Shown here: piece after piece, positions 25,667 through 34,581 of the stretch | How positions within the stretch are numbered: the stretch's first letter is position 1 | How the letters are laid out: each line of letters opens with the position of its first letter | Assembly (NCBI GenBank): GCA_040769125.1 | Contig: JAXGLO010000001.1 | Span: 656,069-720,068, forward strand | Direction: 5' to 3' | DNA: 64,000 nt | From: Thermoleophilia bacterium | GTDB lineage: Bacteria > Actinomycetota > Thermoleophilia > UBA2241 | Program-made: the position numbers and the translations under genes | Notes under the pieces: model-generated | Databases searched by the model: none | What the model was told of the DNA's origin: nothing | Seen by the model: the letters and a program-made list of their open reading frames with translations, nothing else

Positions 25667-27256
25667 ATGAGCTGGAGCACGCAGGTGGGCTTCCCGATCC
25701 TCTCCACCATAACGTTCATACCGCTGCTGGGCGTGGCTCTTATCTTGCTCGTCGGCCGCGGCCGCCCGCAGGTGTACAAGGTCATTTCGCTGGCCGTGAC
25801 CCTCGGCGCCTTCGCGCTGGCTCTCTGGATGATGCTGGCCTTCGACACGGCCGCGCGCGGCATGCAGTTCGTCGAGGACGTCGTGTGGATCCGCGCCTTC
25901 AACATCCACTACGGCATGGGCGTCGACGGCATCGCTGCCCTTCTGCTTTTCCTCACCACGCTGCTCGGCGTGATCGTCATTGTGGGGAGCTGGAACTACG
26001 TCAAGGACCGCGAGATGGGCTTCTTCATCTCGCTCCTCCTGCTGCAGGTCGGCATGTCGGGCGTGTTCTGCGCCACCGATCTCTTCCTCTTCTACGTGTT
26101 CTGGGAGGCCATGCTGGTGCCGATGTACTTCATCATCGGCATCTGGGGCGGCCCGCGGCGCATCTACGCCGCCATCAAGTTCTTCCTGTTCACGCTGATC
26201 GGCAGCCTGCTCATGCTCGTCGCGATCATCGCCGTTGTGCTCTACGTCAAGGGCAACGCTGTGGGGGGCATCACCTTCGACATTCAGGCCCTGAGCGACC
26301 AGGTCTACCCGTACGGCCTGCAGTTCTGGGCCTTCCTCGCGTTCTTCGTCGCCTTCGCCATCAAGGTGCCCATGTTCCCGGTGCACACCTGGTTGCCGGA
26401 CGCCCACGTGGAGGCGCCCACGGCAGGCTCGGTGGTCCTCGCCGGCGTTCTGCTCAAGATGGGCGGCTACGGTATTCTGCGCTTCTGCCTGCCGTTCTTC
26501 CCGGACGCGGCGGTAGCCTTCATTCCTTTCGCCGTCGTGCTCTCGGTGATCGCCATCGTCTACGGCGCTCTGGTCTCGCTGATGCAGAAGGACCTCAAGA
26601 AGCTGGTCGCGTACTCGAGTGTGAGCCACATGGGCTTCGTGACTGTCGGTATCTTCGCCTCCATCGCCGTGGCCGGCAACGCTGCAGGCATGGAGGGGGC
26701 CATCATCGTGATGTTCAGCCACGGCCTGCTCACCGGCGCCCTCTTCCTCCTGGTGGGATACCTTTACGAGCGCACGCGCACACGCCAGATCGCGGACATG
26801 AGTATGCTGGCCACGCCGTTGCCCGTGCTCGCTGGGTTCCTCCTGTTCTTCGTGCTGGGCTCGCTGGGGCTGCCGGGGCTGAGCGGCTTCGTCGGCGAGT
26901 TCCTCAGCCTGCTCGGGCTCTTCGCCTACTCGCACTGGCTGGCGGTCGTGGCCGCCACCGGCGTCATCCTGGCCGCCTGCTACCTGCTCTGGATGTTCCA
27001 GCGCACGATGTTCAACGATCGCGGCGACGCCGCCGTCAAGCCGGCGCTCACCATGCCCGATCTCAGCGTTCGTGAGATCGCCACGCTCCTGCCGCTCGTG
27101 GCGCTCGCGGTCTGGGTGGGCGTGTACCCCAACACCTTCCTCGAGTTCCTGCACGTGCCCGTACAGGAGATCCTCGACCAGGTGACGCCGTCGCTGCAGA
27201 CTGCGCAGGGCGGCGGGCTGGCGCAGCTCGTCGAGTTCACGAGGGGGTTGTTCTAG
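25667..27256 (+). CDS. nuoM: NADH-quinone oxidoreductase subunit M
   Basis: ATG at 25667, just after the nuoL stop. FWEAMLVPMYFIIGIWGG, KVPMFPVHTWLPDAHVEAPTAGSVVLAGVLLKMGGYG. Confidence 0.9.
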   Translation: MSWSTQVGFPILSTITFIPLLGVALILLVGRGRPQVYKVISLAVTLGAFALALWMMLAFDTAARGMQFVEDVVWIRAFNIHYGMGVDGIAALLLFLTTLLGVIVIVGSWNYVKDREMGFFISLLLLQVGMSGVFCATDLFLFYVFWEAMLVPMYFIIGIWGGPRRIYAAIKFFLFTLIGSLLMLVAIIAVVLYVKGNAVGGITFDIQALSDQVYPYGLQFWAFLAFFVAFAIKVPMFPVHTWLPDAHVEAPTAGSVVLAGVLLKMGGYGILRFCLPFFPDAAVAFIPFAVVLSVIAIVYGALVSLMQKDLKKLVAYSSVSHMGFVTVGIFASIAVAGNAAGMEGAIIVMFSHGLLTGALFLLVGYLYERTRTRQIADMSMLATPLPVLAGFLLFFVLGSLGLPGLSGFVGEFLSLLGLFAYSHWLAVVAATGVILAACYLLWMFQRTMFNDRGDAAVKPALTMPDLSVREIATLLPLVALAVWVGVYPNTFLEFLHVPVQEILDQVTPSLQTAQGGGLAQLVEFTRGLF

Positions 27257-28759
27257 ATGGGCGCCAACAACGCCGTCGTCATCATTCTGCCGGCCCTCGT
27301 CGTGGTGGCCGCAGCCATTCTGGTCTTCGCCGTCGACATGTTCATTTCGCGCAAGACGCCGTTGGCCTGGGTTGCCGGCGGCGGGCTCGCCGTTGCTATC
27401 GGCGTGGCGCTGGGCCAGTGGGTGACTTTCGGCGAGGGCCTCGCCTTCGACCGCCGTGGCCCGGAGACCGGCTTCGCCGACATGGTTTCGCTCGACACCT
27501 ACGCGCTGTACGCTACCGTGCTCTTCTGCCTGGTGGGCATCGCCACCATCATGCTGTCGGACGCCTATCTGGCGCGGCGCAAGGCCGCGCGCGGCGAGTT
27601 TTACGGCCTGCTGCTGCTCATCACCACGGGCATGATCGCCATGGCGCAGAGCACCGACATCATCGCCTTCTTTGTCTCGTTCGAGCTGGTGTCGCTGCCC
27701 ACGTACGTACTCGCCGGCTACATCTGGCGCGACGAGCGCTCCGGTGAGGCGTCGATTAAATACTTCGTCAACGGCGCCTTCGCCTCGGCGATCCTCGCTT
27801 TCGGCCTGGCGCTCGCCTATGGTGCCACCGGCCAGACGAGCTACGCCGGCATCGCCCGGGGCATCTCGGCTATCGACGGCGGCGACGCTCAGGCCATGGT
27901 GGTCGCCGCGTTCGTGCTCATCGTCACCGGCTTCGGCTTCAAAGTGAGCGCCGTGCCGTTCCACAGCTGGGCGCCGGACGTCTACGAGGGCGCCCCCACG
28001 CCGGTCACCGCCTTCATGTCGGTGGGCGTCAAGGCGGCGGCTTTCATGGGCTTCGCCAAGCTCTTCGTCATGGCGGCGCAGCCGCAGTCGCAGACCTGGG
28101 TCGACGCCATGATCGTTCTGGCCGTGCTCACCATGGTCGTGGGGAACGTGCTGGCCCTGCCGCAGCAGAACCTCAAGAGAATGCTCGCCTATTCCAGCAT
28201 CGGCCACGCCGGCTACCTTCTGCTGGGGCTCATCGCCGCCGGCACGACCGGCGACGGGGCAGGCGTGGGCGCCGTCCTGTTCTATCTGGCGGTCTACGCC
28301 TTCATGAACCTTGGCGCCTTCGGCGTGCTCATCTGGATCCGCAGCCGCCGCGCCTACCGGTACACGCTCGGTGAGGTCGGCGGCCTCGCGCGCACCATGC
28401 CGTGGGCGGCGATCCTGATGGCGCTGCTGATGGTGTCGCTCGCGGGCATCCCGCCGACCGCCGGGTTCTGGGGCAAGTTCTACCTCTTCACCGCCGTTGT
28501 GCACGCCGATTTCACGTGGCTGGCCATCCTCGCCGTCGTGATGAGTGCCGTGTCGGCGTACTACTATCTGCGCGTCGTGTGGTACATGTTCTTCCGCGAG
28601 GCACCGGAGGGCCAGGAGGTTCACCCGGAGCCGGATTCGTCGCAGGTGGGCGTCGCCGCCGCCGTCGGCATCGCGGCGCTGGCCGTGATGGCCGTCGGCG
28701 TCTTCCCGCAACAGCTTCTCGAAGCCGCCCAGGGCGCTCTGCGCCTCTTCGGCGGCTGA
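27257..28759 (+). CDS. nuoN: NADH-quinone oxidoreductase subunit N
   Basis: Starts at the nuoM stop. FELVSLPTYVLAG, FKVSAVPFHSWAPDVYEGAPTPVTAFMSVG. Confidence 0.9.
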   Translation: MGANNAVVIILPALVVVAAAILVFAVDMFISRKTPLAWVAGGGLAVAIGVALGQWVTFGEGLAFDRRGPETGFADMVSLDTYALYATVLFCLVGIATIMLSDAYLARRKAARGEFYGLLLLITTGMIAMAQSTDIIAFFVSFELVSLPTYVLAGYIWRDERSGEASIKYFVNGAFASAILAFGLALAYGATGQTSYAGIARGISAIDGGDAQAMVVAAFVLIVTGFGFKVSAVPFHSWAPDVYEGAPTPVTAFMSVGVKAAAFMGFAKLFVMAAQPQSQTWVDAMIVLAVLTMVVGNVLALPQQNLKRMLAYSSIGHAGYLLLGLIAAGTTGDGAGVGAVLFYLAVYAFMNLGAFGVLIWIRSRRAYRYTLGEVGGLARTMPWAAILMALLMVSLAGIPPTAGFWGKFYLFTAVVHADFTWLAILAVVMSAVSAYYYLRVVWYMFFREAPEGQEVHPEPDSSQVGVAAAVGIAALAVMAVGVFPQQLLEAAQGALRLFGG

Positions 28760-28799
28760 CGCTGCTGCGCGCGAGCGGCGCTCAGGAGACCCGCGGGCC

Positions 28800-29573
28800 A
28801 TGAACATCCTCTTCGTCGGCGATGTCTTCGGCCGACCCGGACGGGAGGCGCTGCTGAGCTGGCTGCCCGGCTTCACGGAGGAACGCGAGGTCGGCTTCGT
28901 CATCGTCAACGGTGAGAATGCGGCCAACGGCGCCGGCATCACGTCGCGGATCGCGCTGAGGCTGCTGGACGCCGGCGTAGACGTGATTACCACCGGCAAC
29001 CATGTCTGGCGGCAGAAGGAGGTGTACTCCTTCCTGTGCACCGACGAGCGCATCGTGCGGCCGGCGAACTACCCGCCTGGTGCGCCGGGGCGCGGCCTCA
29101 CGGTTCTCCCGGCTGCGGACGGCAGACCGGTCGCCGTGATCAACCTCGCCGGCGAGCTCTTCCTGCAGACCGGGCTCTCGCCCTTCCGCATCGTCGACCG
29201 CCTCGTCGAGGAGGCGGCCGCTCAGGCCGAGGTGATCGTCGTCGACCTTCACGCCGAGGCGACCTCCGAGAAGGTCGCCATGGGCCACTACCTCGACGGG
29301 CGCGTGACGGCCGTGCTGGGCACGCACACGCACGTCCAGACCTCGGACGCGCGCGTGCTCAAAGGCGGCACGGCCTACATGACCGACGTGGGCATGGCCG
29401 GCCCGCTCGATTCGGTGATCGGTGTGCGCACAGAGGTCATTATCCGGCGCTTCCTCACCGAGATGCCCGTCCTCTTCGAGGTGGGCGAGGCGCCGGTACG
29501 GCTCAACGCTGCGCTGATCTCCGAGGAGGGCGGCCGCGCCGTCTCGATCGAGGCGGTCGACACGGTCGTCTGA
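28800..29573 (+). CDS. YmdB-like metallophosphoesterase (2',3'-cyclic-nucleotide phosphodiesterase family)
   Basis: MNILFVGDVFGRPGREAL...VIVNGENAANGAGIT...TTGNHVW...DLHAEATSEK...GTHTHVQT, the calcineurin-like YmdB pattern. Confidence 0.8.
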   Translation: MNILFVGDVFGRPGREALLSWLPGFTEEREVGFVIVNGENAANGAGITSRIALRLLDAGVDVITTGNHVWRQKEVYSFLCTDERIVRPANYPPGAPGRGLTVLPAADGRPVAVINLAGELFLQTGLSPFRIVDRLVEEAAAQAEVIVVDLHAEATSEKVAMGHYLDGRVTAVLGTHTHVQTSDARVLKGGTAYMTDVGMAGPLDSVIGVRTEVIIRRFLTEMPVLFEVGEAPVRLNAALISEEGGRAVSIEAVDTVV

Positions 29574-29636
29574 CCGGCTGCCGGCGCTGATCGGTCATCC
29601 GACCGGCGGCCGGCTCTGATCGGTCATCTGACCGGC
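29564..29636. repeat. 29-bp-period direct repeat (about 2.5 copies) in the convergent intergenic region
   Basis: GGTCGTCTGACCGGC (29564-29578, spans the ymdB stop), CTGATCGGTCATCCGACCGGC (29587-29607) and CTGATCGGTCATCTGACCGGC (29616-29636). Confidence 0.6.
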
Positions 29637-29649
29637 CGCTAGCTCTGGT

Positions 29650-30669
29650 TTACGCGGTCCAGCGGTAACAGGCTTCGCCGACCGCTCGGCAGGCCCACGG
29701 GGGCAGGCTGCGGATGATCCAGCGGGACCGGCTGCCGATCCGCAGGCCGCTCTCCTTGAGCGCGCGGTCACCGATGTGCGTGTAGACGAGAGGGCTCTCC
29801 ACGGCGCCCATGCGCGTCTTGAAGGTTCTCAGCCCGTCCGCGCCGTGGTCGGTGCGCCCGAGGTCGTAGAGGCGGTACCCCTGGCGGCAGGCATTGACCA
29901 TGACCTGCCAGTGCATGAGATGGCTTGCCCCGGTATCCCGGCGGTCAGGGTCGGATGCCTGGTACTTCGCCACGATTGTGCCGCCGTTGACCAGATAGAC
30001 TCCCGCCGCCAGGGCCTCGCCGTCCAGGGACGCCGTGACGACGAAGCCGTGTCCGGCGGCGATGAGGCGATCGCGGAGGAGGTCGAAGAAGCGGCGCGGC
30101 TGGACCGGCACACCGAGCCGGCGTCTGGTCAGGGTGTGGAGCCGGTAGAAGGTCGTCATGTCGCTCGGATCTCCGCGTCTGACTTGCACTCCGGCACGAT
30201 CAGCCTGGTTGCGGTGCTGCCGGAAGTTCCTGTGAGGGCGCAGATTCGCCACATCGCGCGGCAGCACGACCGAGTGGCAGTAGCCCACCTCGATGGGGTG
30301 CACACCGGGGGCAGGAGGGAGGCCGTGCCGGATCAGAAGCTCGGGATCGCCGTCGGCGCGGACGTACTGGAGAAGGGCCCTGGCGACCTGGCCGAGGTCG
30401 ACGTCTGGGCGTGCCAGCACGGGGCAGGAGTCAGAGAACGGAAGGGAGACCAGCCGTGGGCGGGCCAGCGGGAGGCGAACCGCAACCGTGGGGACTCCGG
30501 CCAGGAGCTCACCGTCGGTGTCGCAGAGCGCCAGAACGAACGCCTCGAAGCGGTAACAGTCGGCCAGCAGTCTGGCCCACTCGGGGAGGTGGAACGGCGT
30601 GGCTTCAGGGTGCGACGAGGTGAATTCGCACCATCTGGAGTCTTCTAACGGTAGTCTCGATACCTTCAC
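29650..30669 (-). CDS. FemAB-related / GNAT-fold acyltransferase (BioF2-like), paralog 1
   Basis: GTG at 30669 gives a 339-aa product collinear with the paralog at 37202-38227 (shared FHLP.WA...CYRF.AF, FYRLHTLTRRR.GVPVQPRRFFDLL, ...YRWTA). The two-lobed FemAB-like layout is of the kind seen in exopolysaccharide loci. Confidence 0.65.
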   Translation of the reverse strand: MKVSRLPLEDSRWCEFTSSHPEATPFHLPEWARLLADCYRFEAFVLALCDTDGELLAGVPTVAVRLPLARPRLVSLPFSDSCPVLARPDVDLGQVARALLQYVRADGDPELLIRHGLPPAPGVHPIEVGYCHSVVLPRDVANLRPHRNFRQHRNQADRAGVQVRRGDPSDMTTFYRLHTLTRRRLGVPVQPRRFFDLLRDRLIAAGHGFVVTASLDGEALAAGVYLVNGGTIVAKYQASDPDRRDTGASHLMHWQVMVNACRQGYRLYDLGRTDHGADGLRTFKTRMGAVESPLVYTHIGDRALKESGLRIGSRSRWIIRSLPPWACRAVGEACYRWTA

Positions 30670-30670
30670 A

Positions 30671-31996
30671 TTAGCCTCGGTCAACCGTGCCCTGCGTGCC
30701 CTCTGATTCCCACCCCATCGCTTCGACAGGTGGATGTAAAGGCCTGTTGGCGAAGTCACTCGTCTGCCGACGCAGGCGGCGAAGCTTGCGCTTGATGAGC
30801 CCCTTCACGGGCTGAAACTGCTCCACCAGGGAGCTGACCGCCGGCATCCAGTCGTCGGCGGAGAACACCGCCCAGTCCTTCTCGCCGGTCAGCGACCGCG
30901 CCCACTGCGGGAACGTCAGCTCGCCGCGGCTGCGGTAGGTGAGAAAGGCGCGCGCGTCACGCTGGAAGTCGATCCACGAGACGCCGGCGCGGTAGCCGTG
31001 CTGGGCCTGCACCGGGATCTCCAGCGCGTCGCAGTAGGCGATGTGGGGGATGTCGATGCCGCAGCGGGCGCCCAGAGAGTCCCACATGCCGAGGCGCGCG
31101 TTGAGCTCGATCAGCTTGTATTCTCCGTCGCGCGAGTCCTTCTTGAACTCGACTCCTCCCAGGCCCTGGTAGCGACACCCCGACAGGAGCTTCAGGCTGA
31201 TCTCCTCCAGAGCGGGGTCGTGGGCGCTCTTCACGTAGGAGGCCGAGCCGAAGCCGACCGGCAGGATCCGGTGCTTCACCCCCGCGAACGTCGCCAGCGG
31301 CTCGGAGTTTCTGTTCAGGTAAAAGCAGAAATATAGGAGGCGCTCGTCTTCGCCGGGGATGATCTCCTCGAAGATCATGCGGGGGTCGTGGACGGCGATC
31401 CGCTGGTAGGTCTTGAGCAGCTCCTGCGCGTCTGCGCAGACAGCGACCTTGGGGGCGCCGCCCAGGGGGTTGGTCTGCAGCATCCCCCTGATCTCCGGGT
31501 TGAGCCATGATGGGCTGAAGACGGGCTTGATGATCACAGGGTAGGGCAGCTCATCGGCGATGCGCTCCGCCTCGGCGAGGCTGGCGACGGAGTACATCTG
31601 CGGAGCCGGAATGCCGTGCTTCTCCGCCATTCTGTGCAGCCCGTCCTTGGTGAGCAGGCTGGTTATCGTGTGGTGATCGGGCATGACGAAGGAGTAGTGC
31701 TCCTGCAGCTCCTCGCGGTGCTTCGAGCAGAGCAGGACGGCGTCGTCGCTGACCGCGAACAGCACCGACCTGCGGCCCAGTCGCCGCCCGAGGGACATGA
31801 GGATCCGCAGCCGGTTGCTGTCGCTCATGTCGCCGCCGGGGAGGGGGCATGGGGCTACATAGCGCGACGCCATGCCGATCGCCCAGGGGTCCGCGTCGAT
31901 TCCGTAGACGGGGATACCGCGCCTGCCGAGAGAACGGGCGACGCCGAGGGACGCCGGCCGCTCCGCCGGGATGACCACCGCCGGCGCCGGCGTCAC
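30671..31996 (-). CDS. ATP-grasp domain protein (predicted carboxylate-amine ligase)
   Basis: LPYPVIIKP, IFEEIIPGEDERL, and GLGGVEFKKDSRDGEYKLIELNARLG (ATP-grasp Mg/ATP site). Confidence 0.75.
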   Translation of the reverse strand: MTPAPAVVIPAERPASLGVARSLGRRGIPVYGIDADPWAIGMASRYVAPCPLPGGDMSDSNRLRILMSLGRRLGRRSVLFAVSDDAVLLCSKHREELQEHYSFVMPDHHTITSLLTKDGLHRMAEKHGIPAPQMYSVASLAEAERIADELPYPVIIKPVFSPSWLNPEIRGMLQTNPLGGAPKVAVCADAQELLKTYQRIAVHDPRMIFEEIIPGEDERLLYFCFYLNRNSEPLATFAGVKHRILPVGFGSASYVKSAHDPALEEISLKLLSGCRYQGLGGVEFKKDSRDGEYKLIELNARLGMWDSLGARCGIDIPHIAYCDALEIPVQAQHGYRAGVSWIDFQRDARAFLTYRSRGELTFPQWARSLTGEKDWAVFSADDWMPAVSSLVEQFQPVKGLIKRKLRRLRRQTSDFANRPLHPPVEAMGWESEGTQGTVDRG

Positions 31997-32026
31997 GGCC
32001 GGGCCTCCCGGCGCGAGTGTGCAGCT

Positions 32027-33475
32027 TCAGGGCGCATCGAGAACCTTCTTCCAGCCCTCGTGAGGCTCGAAGCGGGTCACCGGCATCCGCGCGAGTTCCG
32101 CCATGGAGGCGGATCGTCCGTTGACCACCGCCGTTGCGTTGTGCAGGTCGTGAGTCAGCAGCGGATACCGATCCAGACGGGCCGACTCGCGAACCATGGG
32201 GATTCGCTCGGGATTGTATCCCATGAGCAGCGCGTTAACGTGATCGGCTGCGGACAGGTCGTCGCTCAGCGTCAGGATCCCGCCGTGAATGGCTGAACTG
32301 TGGTACGGGCCTTCGCCCTCGCCGCCGATGATGCCGTCCGTGAGGACGAGATGTGTGCGCTGCGGGGACTCATGCAGCGTGCCCGCCGCGTCGGCGTAGA
32401 CGGCGGCCCGCGCCACATCCACGCCCATGCGCCATGTCGTGTCGTTCCCGTGCCAGGCGCCTTCGACGACCGGAGTCCAGCGGCGGATGAGGCGCCGGAA
32501 CACCTTGTAGGCCGCCCGCAGGGCGCTCCCCAGGGGCGTATCCGGCGTCGTCCGCTGGACGCGCTCGTGCAGCCTGGAGGCCAGGCCGGCCAAGGTGGTG
32601 TTGCCGTCGGCCGGATACTCGTCGCCGCCGACGGCGGGCGAGCCGTAGCGATGATGGGGGAGGGAGTCTTTGTGTCCGACGGTCCCCACCATGCTCTTGA
32701 TGGCACAGGTGATCCCCGTCTTCTCATGCGTCTTGAGCTTGGCCGTGCTGACGATGGCGTCCGCCTCGAGAATGTGGCGGTTGATCACGTATCCGTGGCG
32801 CCCCGGCGAGTGGAACAGGTCCATCCGGCGGGGATCGTAGTTCATGACGCGGTAGCGCTTGGGCTCGCCGCCGTCCTGCTCCGCGAACAGGCTGTCGCGG
32901 TCGAGGCGAACGTGGACGCCATCGCCTTCATCACGCCGTTCGACGCTCTTGATCGAGCCGAGGGTAGTGGCTTTGGTGACCAGGAGGCGCAGGTCGCGCT
33001 CCATGACTGGCGCGCCGACTCGCCGGTAGAAGTCGAGGATCTCCCGCGTCTTCGTGTCGCGGATGACGGCGTCCCAGTCGCAGAACTGGATCGGCGCGTT
33101 GCCGATGCTCACGCTCCCTTTCTCGCCGACGGCGATGAGGATGTAGTCGGTGAGCGCCCGGACCACGGATCCGTGCGAGCATCTCGAACGGAAGTCGTCC
33201 ACGGTCTCGTCGGGCCGCCGCTCCTGCATGAAGTTGCACAGGAGGAAAACCCGCGCACCCGGTCGAATGAAGGCCCCCAGCGGGTTCCACTGGGGAGTGT
33301 CCAGGTGCGCCTGGTCGAGCCCGGCCTGGGCGAAGATGTCGCGAACGGCCCTGTACACCGGGTTGGGCCGGCGGGCGACGTGCTCGAATCTGTACTCCGG
33401 GAAGCGCTCGTCCGGTGAGAAGGACTCTGCGGCGTCGGGATACCGTATGTCGGGATCGATGAGGACGGAGATCAT
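32027..33475 (-). CDS. DUF362-domain protein
   Basis: ATG at 33475 overlaps the upstream stop (ATGA). Central AIVSTAKLKTHEKTGITCAIKSMVGTV matches the conserved DUF362 K-x-H/KN-G core. No ferredoxin Cys motifs seen. Confidence 0.6.
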   Translation of the reverse strand: MISVLIDPDIRYPDAAESFSPDERFPEYRFEHVARRPNPVYRAVRDIFAQAGLDQAHLDTPQWNPLGAFIRPGARVFLLCNFMQERRPDETVDDFRSRCSHGSVVRALTDYILIAVGEKGSVSIGNAPIQFCDWDAVIRDTKTREILDFYRRVGAPVMERDLRLLVTKATTLGSIKSVERRDEGDGVHVRLDRDSLFAEQDGGEPKRYRVMNYDPRRMDLFHSPGRHGYVINRHILEADAIVSTAKLKTHEKTGITCAIKSMVGTVGHKDSLPHHRYGSPAVGGDEYPADGNTTLAGLASRLHERVQRTTPDTPLGSALRAAYKVFRRLIRRWTPVVEGAWHGNDTTWRMGVDVARAAVYADAAGTLHESPQRTHLVLTDGIIGGEGEGPYHSSAIHGGILTLSDDLSAADHVNALLMGYNPERIPMVRESARLDRYPLLTHDLHNATAVVNGRSASMAELARMPVTRFEPHEGWKKVLDAP

Positions 33476-34581
33476 GCTGTCGTCTTTCGAGATGTGGCGG
33501 AGCTTCTGGCGAGATCGAGCCGGGAGGCCGCCCGTTCCCACAGCGTCCGATTGATCAGCGCAGCGCTCATCAACCGGTAGGCGCAGGGCATGAGCACCAG
33601 GTCGTAGGCTCCGGCGTAGCATACAACGTTCAGCCCGAACCCCCGCTTGAACTGGTAAACGCCCCACAGGCCGTCGTGTCGCTCCGGGGCCCCGTGCGGC
33701 TGGTCGCTCGCCGCCGGCCTCACTTCATCAGGGATGCCCCACATGTCGTAGGTCTCGCAGCCGTGCGACTTGGCCCACTCGATGGCCCGCCAGACCAGCA
33801 GATAATTGGGATGGAGCCCCGGGGTGGTGACGGAACCTCCGTGGAACTCGGCCGCGTGACGGCCGAAGCGATAGACGGTCCGTGCGGCGATCAGCCGCTC
33901 TTCGTGGTAGGCGAGCAGAAGCGCGCAATGGTCGCCTGGAGAGAACGCATCCCATTCGGCTTCATAGTACTGGGGAGAGCGGTTGGCGAAACCCTCTCTG
34001 GCGGCCGTTCGACGCATGAGATCGTAGAAGGCCGGCAGGTCACTCGCGTGCCCGAGGCGAACCGTGATGCCCTCCTTCTCGGCGCGGCGGATGTACTGGC
34101 GCGTCTTCTTCCGCATGCGTCTGAGGAGGTCGTCCGTCGGCGGCGAGATATCGAGCACCAGGGTGGTCCTGGGCTGGTTTGTGATCCGGCTCGGCCGGTA
34201 GCGGTGCCGGCGCATCAGGGCGACCACCTGTGGCTCGCGCTGGACCGCCGGCTCGATCTTGAGGAAGATCGCCCGGTTGGCTCGCGCGACCCTCTCCAGC
34301 TCCGGAAAAAGCCTGGAGGCCGCCTCTTCTTCGAGCCAGCGGCCGATCGGGCCCCTCGGCACATACGCCAGCGAGAGCCCCGTGGGGAGTCGCTTGGTCA
34401 GGAGCTGCGCGCCCGCGACAAGGGAGCCTTCGTCCTCGACGCCGACGCGATGGGAGGTCCAGCCCAGCCGCTTCTTGAAGGATCCCCACTCGATCGACTG
34501 GGTCAGGGAGAACGATCCCTCCCGTGACACCAGATCCTGCCATTCTGCCGTGCGGTCGTCGCCGAGGACGCACGCCTTCAT
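33472..34581 (-). CDS. FemAB-family peptidyl/aminoacyl transferase-like protein
   Basis: ATG at 34581 overlaps the GT4 stop (ATGA). FSLTQSIEWGSFKKRLGW, KKTRQYIRRAEKEGITV, HPNYLLVWRAIEWAKSHGCETYDMWGI and GVYQFKRGFG are FemX/FemAB-type motifs. Confidence 0.7.
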   Translation of the reverse strand: MKACVLGDDRTAEWQDLVSREGSFSLTQSIEWGSFKKRLGWTSHRVGVEDEGSLVAGAQLLTKRLPTGLSLAYVPRGPIGRWLEEEAASRLFPELERVARANRAIFLKIEPAVQREPQVVALMRRHRYRPSRITNQPRTTLVLDISPPTDDLLRRMRKKTRQYIRRAEKEGITVRLGHASDLPAFYDLMRRTAAREGFANRSPQYYEAEWDAFSPGDHCALLLAYHEERLIAARTVYRFGRHAAEFHGGSVTTPGLHPNYLLVWRAIEWAKSHGCETYDMWGIPDEVRPAASDQPHGAPERHDGLWGVYQFKRGFGLNVVCYAGAYDLVLMPCAYRLMSAALINRTLWERAASRLDLARSSATSRKTTA

